Shown here one piece after another: positions 39,451 to 51,000 of a stretch of 64,000 nt of DNA. The number at the start of each line of letters is the position of its first letter. Positions within the stretch are counted from its first letter, which is position 1. Source of the stretch: Lama glama. Lineage: Eukaryota. The stretch is from contig CM052840.1 of the NCBI GenBank assembly GCA_028534125.1, positions 21,824,001 through 21,888,000 of the forward strand, in the 5' to 3' direction. Position numbers and translations under genes: made by a program. Below the pieces are notes generated by a model. That model ran no database searches. It was given only the letters and a program-made list of their open reading frames with translations, and was not told the origin of the DNA.

Positions 39451-40807
39451 TAGGAGTGGTTTCTGACCAATGAATTTTGGACAAGAGAGACCTCAGGGAT
39501 AACTGCTAAGAGTTCTTGTCCTGTTTTTATGCTCTTTATATATCTATCCATAGTTAAATACTGTCACATATTTTTAGTATTGTTTTGGTTAGCAGTTCAT
39601 TTTGCTTTTACTAATCAAGTTTTGGCATATTCTGGCTTCACAAGATGAACTAATTAACAGAGATCAGGGAGTCCAGGACTCTAAATCCTAAGGCAGTCTT
39701 AAATTCTTCAGGGAACTTGTGCCTTTTCTTAAAAGTTAGACAAATCATTAACTAAATTATGTAAATCTTGTCTGGACCATGGTTTAAAGCTATAAAACCT
39801 GCCAGGTTACCCATTATACTTATACACCTAATAAGATTTCATGAAAGCATAGTGTCTAGGGAGAAGGATATGTTTAAGGGGCAGTGGAGGAAAGAGAAGA
39901 GGGTCTGTTGAAGATGCAGGAAGAAGAAAAGTGGTGAGGCAAGGGAGAGAAGGAAGCCAGGGTTCAGAGGGGTAGGAAGGAGATCAACCCTGCGTTGGGT
40001 CATGAGACAGGGAAGTAAGTTCGATTTTTAGATCTTCCAAGTTGTCATTAATCCTTTCTAAGGTATCCTTAAGGAAAGCAATTTTAATTTTTTTCTGCCT
40101 TTTAGGGTTTTCCTGTCTTTTGAAATCAACCCCCCCCAAAAAGCCTGACTATTGATATTTAGAATATTTGAATTCTTTGATCCTAAGGCAAAAGATAATT
40201 TTATTCTTATTTCAAGTTTCCCAGAATATCAAGTAAAGAGGAAATGCGAGTGTAACTACATCAGTGAAATTCTGTGTCTGCCATAGCTCAGCAAAATACT
40301 AGTATGCAGACTTGAATATAGTATTTTTACCTCCTCTCACTTAATTAACCTTTCCACTGGAAATATTTTGGTTTGGTTAAATAAGTATAGTTTGGTTAAC
40401 GAAATTATCAGCAAAAGCAATACAAATTTATCAGTTATTGATTTCTGAATCCACTCCACTTTCCAAAAAAAAATTGCACTAAATAGAAAAGTATTTGTAG
40501 ACAAATCTTTTTTTATAACATCACTTAATCCATGTCACCAGACCTAATGTGCTCATGTGTTAGGGATCAGAGAAAACAGGCAACAGAGCCTTACCTCTAA
40601 GCTGACATGTGTGTATGTGAGTAGACACATGTGTTTATACACTCTCAGTGCAAACATTTTGAAATTGTATTGAAATTTTGCAACTCCAATATGACGGTCT
40701 TCTGTCAACCGGTTGGCATCTGCAAGATCATTGTGATGAAATTTAATTGTGAGTCAGAGCATATTTTTTTAACTCATGCAATGATGGTTATTGTCCTAAA
40801 TTGACAG

Positions 40808-41029
40808 GTGAAGTATGCTGTCCAGATGAACAGCACAATCGGGTTTCCACGGGCATCGGTGACTCCTGCTGTGGCAGAATGCCGTATTCCACCTCAGGAA
40901 ACCAGATCTGCTGTGCTGGGAGGCTCCATGACAGCCACGGCCAGCAGTGCTGTGGTGGACAGATTGTGAGCAAGGATTTGGAGTGCTGTGGCGGAGAGGA
41001 AGAGGGTGTGGTGCACAGTCGCCGTCCAG
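40808..41029 (+). CDS. USH2A: USH2A coding exon (approx. exon 50), di-Cys repeat region
   Basis: Acceptor tgacag|GT and donor CAG|gtaagg. 222 nt, phase 1-1. Translates (G)EVCCPDEQHNRVSTGIGDSCCGRMPYSTSGNQICCAGRLHDSHGQQCCGGQIVSKDLECCGGEEEGVVHSRRP(G). Confidence 0.96.
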
Positions 41030-41249
41030 GTAAGGGACCCTTGTCTACCTTCCAGTAGACTCTGAGGAGCAGAAAGGTTGAGAAACTTGCCTGAGATAGA
41101 AAACGCAGAAGTAATTAAAGCTCGTGTTAATTATATCTAATGCAATAATTAGGTGCATATTGAATAACAAATAAAAATGTAATCTCACATTTTTAGGTGC
41201 ATGTGATGCATTTCATAAAAACAAGTCAAAACTTTCTTCCCTTTTTTTT

Positions 41250-42150
41250 AAAAAAATTGGTAGACTTTAGTTTTTCAGAGGAGTTTTAGATTTACAGAAA
41301 AACTGAGCTGAAAGTAGAGAGAGTTCCCATATTATACTCCCGCCCACCTATGCCTCAGTTTCCCCTATTATTAGCATCCTGTGTTAATCTGGTACATTTG
41401 TAACAATTGGTAGGCCAATATTGGTATATTATTATTAACTAAAGTCCGTATTTTACCTTAGGGCTCACTCTTTGTTTTGTAGTTTTATGGGTTTTGACAA
41501 AGGTAAAATGACACGTATCTACTATTATAGTATCTTACAGAATAGTGCCACTGCCTTAAAAATCCCCTGCGCTGCATCTGTTCATCCCTTCCTCCTCCTC
41601 CCAAACCCCTATGAACCACTGATCATTTACTGTCTCTATCATTTTACTTTTACATGATGTTATATAGTTGGAGTCATATAGTGTACAGCCTTTTAAGACA
41701 GGCTTCTTTGACTTAGCAATATACATTTTAAGGTTCCTCTATATCTTTTTGTGCCTTGACAGCTCATTTCTTTTTATCACTGAATAATACTGCATCACAT
41801 AGATGTATCATAGCTTATCCACTTACCTATTGAAGGGCATCTTTGTTGCTTCCCGCATAATTATTGGCGACTATGAATTAGGCTGCTACAAACAGTTGAG
41901 TACAGGTATTTGTGTGGACATGTTTTCAACTCATTTGGGTAAATGCCAAGGAGCAAGATTTTTGGATTGTATGGTAAAGGTAAGAAACTGCCTTTGGCAG
42001 CTATCTTCCAAACTGTCTGTACCATTTTGCATTCCCACCAGCCATGAATGAGACTTCCCGTTGCTCCACACCCTTGCCAGCATTTGCTGTTGTCAGTGTG
42101 TTGGATTTTGGTCATTCTCATTGGTGTATAGCTGTATCTCATTGTTGTTT
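41250..42150 (-). mobile_element. L1MC-type 3' end
   Basis: tagacttt..ttttcagaggagttttagatttacagaaaaactgagc...ggtacatttgtaacaatt. Antisense ORF 41861-42142 resembles the L1 ORF2 C-terminus (MRYSYTPMRMTKIQ..DNSKCW..GWWECKMVQ..LLGIYPNELKT). Confidence 0.88.
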
Positions 42151-42349
42151 AAAACTCTTTCTTCTTGGAAAGTATCACATCGACCAAAAAACAAACAAAC
42201 AAAAAAACCGACCAACGAATGCATTAATCCAGGACCAAGAAAATAATCCATAGTAGGTACTGAGATTATACAAAATTATTATTGATGATAATATGTCCTA
42301 ATTCTTTTATTCCCTTATTTTTCTGTAGCTATTAAATTAATATTAATAG

Positions 42350-42520
42350 CAATCATTATCACTGAGTACTTTCTATCTAGAAGGCATTATGCCCAATGTT
42401 TTATACATGATTACCTCAATTAATTGTTACTAAATAGGTACTGTTATTATCCACATTTTAAAAATGAGGAAACTGAGGCATAAAGATTAGACATTTGCTC
42501 AAGATTACTCAGTTAGTCAG
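42350..42520 (-). mobile_element. MIR SINE
   Basis: taggtactgttattatccacattttaaaaatgaggaaactgaggcataaaga core. Confidence 0.8.
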
Positions 42521-43820
42521 ATCTAGATTTGGGGATGCCTGAAAGTTATAAAATTTGGGGGACCCTTTTTAAGAAAATAAAATGTTGACGACAGAACAAA
42601 ATATGAAAATAAATATTTATAAGGGGAAAATAAATTACAAAAGTTACAAGTCTGAAAAAAAAACCTAGTGGATCCTGCTAACATAAATATAGTATATTTG
42701 GATTATATAACTTCTGACATCTCTCTGTATTTTTTTCTGACATGTTTAACCTGAACCTTTGGTCGCCTCTTCATACAATAATGGCTTTATGTTGTAATTA
42801 TCTACAGAAAGAACAGAAAGACAATTCATTCTTTCCTATCACATGGTTAATAAAAAAAATATATTTTTAATTATTTAAAATTTAGAAAAGTGACTTTAAC
42901 CTTCACAGCTCATTATTGTAATATTATGTAAATGTTTGATTTTTCTCAAATTTGGAGAACTATCTACTAAGGTCTTTATTAAGATTTTAGGGCATTTTAA
43001 GTTTTCTTGTCTTAAAGTGATTTACAATGACTTTTCTTAAATATTTCTTGAACTGGCAGCATCATTATCAGTTTTTCATGGATATCTTTATTGTATGACT
43101 GAATGTGAGTTATAGTTTATCATAGATACTACTATTTTATCTAAAAAATCAGTAAGAAGCTTATATTTTTCCAATATGAATGACTTCTTTTCATAGTTTA
43201 TATTATCAGAGTAATCAAGTTACCTATTGCTTCAATCCTAGATCCACTGTTTTCTTTTACTAGCTTCCTGCTTTTGGTACAATCTGAAATTTATTTTGTT
43301 ACAAATCTCTTCTTGATGTCAGAATATTTCAGTTGATTCCATTGTTCATTTTTACAGTTTTGTTTCATGTTATATTAATTTTTCTATCTGATCTTTCTCT
43401 TTCTTTGAATCTTTTCTTTATATGCATACAAGTTGGGAGTCTATAATTTCTCACAATCCTATGTTTCCACATTACCGTTAAAATGGCATATTCAAGCCTT
43501 AAACACTCTTTCATGGAAGTGGCTGAAATCATTTAAATTTAGCTACTGAACCCAAACTAAATATTCCCTGGACTCAGCATCCCTTTAGTTTGAGTTAAAA
43601 AACTATTCATGTTTACTCCAGTCTCAATTAATATGAGAACACATATGACAGAGGGTAAGTTAAGGAGACAAGAGACAGTGGCCATAGCAAATTACAGTTA
43701 AATATTATACATATGCAAATTTTATTAAAATATATAACCATGCTTGCCTTGGAAGGGGCTCATGCAAGCAAAGGGCCCCGAAAATCAAGCTTCCTTGGTT
43801 TCAAAGTAAATCTACCCCTG
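42520..43820. mobile_element. Probable ancient hAT (Tip100-group) DNA transposon relic
   Basis: Left end gcctgaaagttataaaatttgggggaccctttttaagaaa and right end aagggccccgaaaatcaagcttc...gtaaatctacccctg, with an AT-rich interior. Subfamily uncertain. Confidence 0.55.
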
Positions 43821-44939
43821 TAAACCAGTGCTTTTTGGAGCTCCAGCCACTCTCTGAGTAAGATTTCAGAACATCACAATATCTTGATGGAAATGAACTA
43901 TGAACTCTCTGCTGTCTTTATATAATTTCTTCTCTTTTTAAAAACCATCAAAGAGTTATCTGTAATATAAGTAACAAAATTATTGTAGGATTATTGCTAA
44001 ATACCATGTTCTTGTACACATTCTCTTGTATATAAAGTTCTGATGAAAACTATTAAAAAGAGCACTTCAATAACAAAAACTAAACAATCAACAAAATTCA
44101 AAGTATCAATCCTGGGTGTACCAGACTCTTGTGCCATCATAGGAACACTATATTTTCAGTATTTTTATAGTCCTTAAATAAAGAAGAAATGCTAAATTAA
44201 ATTATTCATAAATTTCAATCCTCCCAGTGTGGAAAGACTCGTTTCTTTCTTTGAGCCAAAAAAAAATACCTGATTTGTAGTTTCTTATTTTATCTTTGGA
44301 CAACCATCAAGTATGTTTCCAAGGCATTTACTATTCTATGAGGCTATAAATCACCCATCTGGATCCAGGCTGCATCCATCTTATGCCTTTTTTAATCCAA
44401 CCCAGTGGGACATATTTAGAGGAAGATTTTAACATAAAGATACTGTCAAACTGGTTGACAGTCCCATGTCATTATGTTGATCTCTATCAACTTTATGTTA
44501 ATCTCCATCAACTATCCAGAAAATAGTAACAGTGGATAGTTGTCCTACATGCAGAAGAATTAGATTTTAATTATAACATCTTATCAAACCCAGGAATTTA
44601 AGGATTACCTCCAACGGATGGCACGGGGCACCTGGATCTGCACTGTACGGTAACAAGAAAGTTGACTTTTCCAGGTAAAACAAAGAAACAAAAACAAGCA
44701 ACAAAAATCAACCTCCTAAGAGCTTCGTTGAAAATGAATGCTGTATTAAATCATATCATACACAAGTGTCCAGGGTGGACACATAGTCGTTTCAGAAATT
44801 TCCCCCATGGATTGTAGACTTAATAGGTTAGTATTCTAAAGATAGCTGAAGTCCAGTCAAGAAATCCAGCCCAGTATCTCCCAGAAAATGCTCGTTGGCT
44901 AAAAGATGTACACACGCAGCAGGAGACAAACTACAACAA

Positions 44940-45140
44940 CAAAAGGAGACAACATCCTGCGTTCGCTGTCTGCCAGGCCGAGCTCTGTCTGCTTCACAGA
45001 CATCGACACGTTTAATCTTCACCGCGACCCTGTAACGTGGGTACTGTTAGTGTCTCCATTTTACAGAAGTACTTTTAACAGAAGTTAAAAGCCTCTTCCA
45101 CATCACACATCTAGTAAGTGGCTGCATTACTTCGGGCAAC
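44940..45140 (-). mobile_element. MIR SINE
   Basis: tttaatcttcaccgcgaccctg..acgtgggtactgttagtgtctccattttacaga...tcacacatctagtaagtgg. Confidence 0.7.
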
Positions 45141-45744
45141 GTGAACTGCTATTATACATGAAACCTCACATCTGTAAAGGCTCACCTACAATAGGGGTTC
45201 ATGTCTCTCTTCTGTGATGACACTGCACTGGGAACATATCTTCAGATACATTCACATCCACAGCCATCCTGGCTGTTGAAAGTGTTGCTGTTTTCAACAG
45301 GTAGTTTCTAAGGTCACCTGGGAGTTTGTATCCAGTGCTGCAGGCAGAAGAGGAAAAGAGCACGCAATAACAGGGAGGTTTTTTCTTTAATTGGCCAGGT
45401 CTAGAAATAGCAAAATTTTTTATCAACATTTCATTGACTAAAACTCAGCTCTCTGTCAACATCTAAATGCAAGGGAGGCTGGGAGATGTGCCCGTGAATC
45501 TCTTGCCACTGTGACTAATACAAGTTGCTAACTCCATCCATAGAGTCCGTGCCCTTAACCTTTCTGAGCGTTCTGATACCTGAACAAGCATTGGATACTG
45601 TCCAGCCCAAACCGTATCAGTGTTCATCCAATCTGATGAGCAGGCCCAGTATAGTATGGCTACCAAGCTGAGAACATTTTCTAGAGGACCAGAAGAAAAG
45701 TAGGCGTTGACTGCACGCCGCACGTGTGCCAAAGTTAGAGGAAA

Positions 45745-46798
45745 GGGTGCTGTGTATGCGTGCAAGGCTCTGGCCTGGGACTTCTGAGGGCCTCCGAGAC
45801 CTTTGCAGATGGTCGGTGAGATCAAAACTGTTTTCATAATAATACACACTGAGCTATTATATGCCTTTTTCACTCCCACTCTCTCACAAGTGCACAGAGG
45901 CATTTTCCAGAGGTTACGTGACATGTGATACTACAACAGTTTTTTTTTTAAATTTTTTATTGAAGTGTAGTTGATGCTCAATATTATATCTCATAGGTAT
46001 ACAGTATAGTGATTCACAATTTTTACAGAGTATATTCCATTTAAAGTTACTATAAAATATTGGCTATATTCCCTGTGTTGTACAATATATCCTTATAGCT
46101 TATTTTATACTTAATCGTTTGTACCTCTTAATCCCCTACCCGTATATTGCCCCTCTCCCCTCTCCCCGCTGGTAACCACTAGCTTGTTCTCTGTGTCTGT
46201 GAGTCTGCTTCTTTTTTTTGTTATATTCACTAGTTTGTTGTATCTTTTAGATTCCACATATGAATGATATTNNNNNNNNNNNNNNNNNNNNNNNNNNNNN
46301 NNNNNNNNNNNNNNNNNNNNNNNNNNNNNNNNNNNNNNNNNNNNNNNNNNNNNNNNNNNNNNNNNNNNNNNNNNNNNNNNNNNNNNNNNNNNNNNNNNNN
46401 NNNNNNNNNNNNNNNNNNNNNATTCTGTCGGTAGACCACTTAGGTTGCTTCCATGATATTGCAACAGCTGAATGCAGAAGCAGGTGTGAGAATTCAGTTC
46501 CTTCTATTAAGCCAGACATTTAAGAGGCTTACAATAATACAGAACAATGTCATTCTTCTCATTAACTTTTCTCAGTTTGGAAAATGTGTTTCTTTTTCAT
46601 AAATATTAATGTTAACATGTTATCTATTTATTATTTCTGTAAATGAGTTAATGAATACATATTTCAAACATGTCAGCTTTAAGGCTCTAACCTGGTAAAG
46701 ATCAACAAATACAACCCATATAAACAAAAGCTATTTGGAGTCCTCAATTATTTGTAAAAGTATAAAGGGGTCCTGACACCAAACTTTGAGAACCACTG
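45745..46798. mobile_element. hAT-Charlie family element interrupted by an L1 tip
   Basis: tcaaaactgttttcataataat...ttttccagaggttacgtgacatgtgata|...|gaatgcagaagcag..gagaatt...ggggtcctgacaccaaactttgagaaccactg terminal. Confidence 0.75.
45940..46453 (-). mobile_element. 5'-truncated L1 3' end
   Basis: poly-T then ttttattgaagtgtagttgat...ttttagattccacatatgaatgatat. TSD tgatactacaacag (45926-39) / tgatattgcaacag (46454-67). Confidence 0.85.
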
Positions 46799-47066
46799 CT
46801 TTAAGGCTTAGTAATCAGGTCTACTAGAAAATCATGGTAGTTAGTTAGTTATCCTGCACTATGAGTATCCAGTTGAGTACCTTCTCCTCCTTTAAAAGAG
46901 TTATCTAAAAACAGGTCCATTAAAGACAGAACCATGGCCCCTGCATACTGGGGAGGTGGCATGTTTCTTCCTCATACTATACTGAGCCAGAGCTTTAAGC
47001 AGCAAGCTATCTCATTTTAGCATTATCGCTCATCTGGTGCTTTTTTTTTTTAAAGTCAATTGCCAT

Positions 47067-47517
47067 TTGCAGCAACGTGGATGGACCTAGAGATCATCAT
47101 TCTAAGTGAAGTAAGCCAGAAAGAGAAAGAAAAATACCATAGGATATCACTCATATGTGGAATCTAAAAAAAGAAAAAAGAGGACACTAATGAACTCATC
47201 TACAAAACAAAAACAGACTTGCAGACATAGTAAACAATCTTATGGTTACCAGAGGAAAACAGGGTGGGAAGGGATAAATTTGGGAGTTTGAGATTTTCGA
47301 ATGTTAGCCGCTACATATAAAAATAGACTTAAAAAAACCAAATTTCTTCTGTATAGCACAGGTAGCTATATTCAATATCTTATAATAACCTTTAATGAAA
47401 AAGAATATGAAAACGAGTATGTGTATGTATATACCTGACTGGGACATTGTACACCAGAAATTGACGCATTGTAACTGACCAAAATTTTTTAAAAACAAGC
47501 TGAAAAAAAATTTTAAA
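47067..47517 (+). mobile_element. Young 5'-truncated L1 3' end with perfect TSD
   Basis: ttgcagcaacgtggatggacctagagatcatcattctaagtgaagtaagccag...A-rich tail. Flanked by taaagtcaattgccat at 47051-66 and 47518-33. Confidence 0.92.
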
Positions 47518-47539
47518 TAAAGTCAATTGCCATATTCCT

Positions 47540-48070
47540 TCATTCAATAAATACGCATTATGTAGTGACTGTATTCAACATACCATTCTCAGTGCTTTGT
47601 GAGTATAAAAATGGGAGGTAGGATTCCATTCTTATCCTTAGGGATTTACAATCTAATCCAGGAAAAAAGTGGCTGTAAGGTTAAACACAGGCCATAGAGA
47701 GGGATGAATACAAGCACCATCTGAAGACTGAGCTATCACTCTGATCAAGGTGATGAAGAGAGGATTGAAACCTCAGACAATGAGGAGGATCTTGAGGCAT
47801 GTGGCTGGAAGAAGGACATTCCAGCTAAAGGGCATAGCTTGAGCTGAAGTGTGGAATTAGCAATCTGCAGAGCACGTGCAGGTGGGAGTGAGCCATTGGG
47901 TTCATTGGAGGAATACACCGTGTGTGAGGAGAGAGGGAGACAAGGCTGAGTAGGCCAAAGGATCTGAACATTATTTAGTACTCAGGCAACAGTCCATGCA
48001 ATGATAAGAACTGTGACTTAAGGAGATAAACTAGATTTGGGTGGCAGAATGGATATGAACAAGAAAGAAA
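47540..48070 (-). mobile_element. L2 fragment
   Basis: ttcattcaataaata...tttacaatctaat...ggacattccagctaaagggcatagc antisense L2 pattern. Confidence 0.6.
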
Positions 48071-51000
48071 GGTAAGTAAGTTAAAACGCTCTTGCCCAAA
48101 TATAAAATGTACCTGCTCCAAGAAATGGAGTAGAAGTTACTTCCCACCAGGACAAGGGTCCTTAATCTTTTGGAGGTCACGTACTCCTATTAGAATCTTT
48201 TGAAAGTTACAGCCCCTCACTTCAAATAATAGTACAGAGGACACACACACACACACAGATTAGCCTGCAATTTCATCTGCCCTTGAAGTCCATCCGTGGA
48301 CTCAAATTTTAAAATCACTAATTTACTTCAACATGGTATTTCCATGCGAGCCAAGTATTTCTCGAGCAGACTGTGACATTCCTCAGTTCCTGGGAATCAG
48401 AATTAGCGCCAGTGTTTCTCATGACCTTCCATAGTTCCGCCAACTCCGGTGATCATGGTGGACTGAAGGAATGATCCTTTTTAAAAAAGAAAAAAAGAAA
48501 AATCTCTTTTTAGTCTCTTGACCTCCCTGCAGGTTTCACTGAAAATAGACACGTTCCACATGTCTTTTTCCTCTCTCTGTTGCCGCTCCCTCCTGTCGCC
48601 CCTAATGATTGTGACCTTCAGTGACCTTCCAGAATATCCATATGGCCCTTTTTTTCTCCTCAACCTAGCAACACCATACCTGCTGCATGCGGGTTTGGAT
48701 CTCATAACATTGTTCCTAAGCCTGGCCTCTCTCCCCGCCTGGCATTGTGCGCCTGCCACGAGCCGGGGCTGGCNNNNNNNNNNNNNNNNNNNNNNNNNNN
48801 NNNNNNNNNNNNNNNNNNNNNNNNNNNNNNNNNNNNNNNNNNNNNNNNNNNNNNNNNNNNNNNNNNNNNNNNNNNNNNNNNNNNNNNNNNNNNNNNNNNN
48901 NNNNNNNNNNNNNNNNNNNNNNNNNNNNNNNNNNNNNNNNNNNNNNNNNNNNNNNNNNNNNGCTGGGGTAGCGTTTATGTTTTTAGTGCTCTCTCTGGGC
49001 AGATGAGTTGTGTAGCAGTGTTATACAGGTGTCTCGGGATGAAAGTCATGCACGTCATTTCGGTGGATATGTATTCTTAACCATTTTCCTGGAATATATT
49101 TTAAACCTCTTTATTACTCTTTTTATTCTTAGTGTTTGCTTATATGGTTTTATCATTTGTGCCATCAATCTCAGGTTGGACTTGATTATATCACTTCATA
49201 TTAAAAGATGAAAATTAAAGCCTCTCTATCATTCAAAGAGGACAGGATTTTCTTGTTAAGCCACGAGGAAACTTTGGAACAAGTTGCCTTGTTTCTGTTA
49301 TCCAGGTTGTCCATGCAGCCTTTGATATGAAATTCTGGGTTGAGACTGTTTTATAATACGGTACTGAGTTCCCATGTCCTGGACTCAGACATCAATAGAC
49401 TGGCTAGTCCTGTTACAAAAGACGGGGTTTGGGCGCTTTGCAGAGAGGGAAATGCAGCCCCAGAAATCCATTAGGTAACACTTATATTGGAAGAAGACAT
49501 CCCAAGAAGATTTCCATATGACATGATGGACTTTTGAAAAGTGTAATGTATAAATGCGGTACAATACATTGCGACAATTTGGGGGAAGGTTTTACCCTCC
49601 CCTTTCTGTGGCTTGTGGTGGTAGCCACAGCGCCATCTTCTGGTAAAGACAAGATGCACTTTTTTTTTTCATGCTGTGCCACCAACTTGATGTTTGTCCT
49701 GAGAATAACTAATTTCAAACCTTTATTTTTTTTTAAACATTCTTCTGGGCCTGAAATATAATCCCCTGTCTTAAAATGTGGTCCCCATGGTCAATCCCAG
49801 AGCTCCACAATGATTTGTCATGTTCCAGACTCCGTTTTCTAATGACTCTGCTATTTTTAATCTCAAAAGCTCAATAATTGGGCTTTTTTTTTTTTTTTGA
49901 AACACAGAGCACTTGTTTTGCAGAATTAACAATTTAGAAATTCATCAGGACTATAGGTTTATAAATGCCCTCCTTTCCAGCCCTGGACATTAAGTGTTGG
50001 TAACACATTGGAAGTATTCATAATATGGAGAGTGAAAAATTCCTTCCTTCATTCCTTTCTCAGCTGTATCCAATACAATGGAAGCTATCCATTGGAAAGA
50101 CAGTCTATACTGTTTGATCTCAAAAACAAATACCTAACAGTTCAATGCTGTCCCCCTTTAGTAACATCTGCATCTTGTTCAGAGAGAATCCCCGCCTTTG
50201 CAGAAATTTAATGACGAGCCCCTGGAAGAACAGGTCCACCCATCAATAATCCATGTCCTGTTTTGGTTTTCTTTGGGCATATTTAAAACTGTGCATTGTG
50301 TGTGTCAAAGTTCAGAAGTCAAGTGCTACATGTGATAAATTGGGTGGGGTCAGAAGTTATTGNNNNNNNNNNNNNNNNNNNNNNNNNNNNNNNNNNNNNN
50401 NNNNNNNNNNNNNNNNNNNNNNNNNNNNNNNNNNNNNNNNNNNNNNNNNNNNNNNNNNNNNNNNNNNNNNNNNNNNNNNNNNNNNNNNNNNNNNNNNNNN
50501 NNNNNNNNNNNNNNNNNNTGATNNNNNNNNNNNNNNNNNNNNNNNNNNNNNNNNNNNNNNNNNNNNNNNNNNNNNNNNNNNNNNNNNNNNNNNNNNNNNN
50601 NNNNNNNNNNNNNNNNNNNNNNNNNNNNNNNNNNNNNNNNNNNNNNNNNNNNNNNNNNNNNNNNNNNNNNNNNNNNNNNNNNNNNNNNNNNNNNNNNNNN
50701 NNNNNNNNNNNNNNNNNNNNNNNNNNNNNNNNNNNNNNNNNNNNNNNNNNNNNNNNNNNNNNNNNNNNNNNNNNTTTAATTCAGTGAAACAAAGATGAAG
50801 CTCTTTGTGAAAGGAAACATCCTTTTTTTTTTTTTCCTTCTGGAAAAACAGTTCATTATCAAAATTTTACTTGACCTGTCAAAAGTCCCTCAGAGCGATC
50901 AGATGACTGATTAGGAGTTTTGAATTAGGTCAGTGTCTGCATTTTGATTTTATACTTAAAGCATGGTGAAACCATAAAGTAATTTGGGAGTAGAGGGGAA

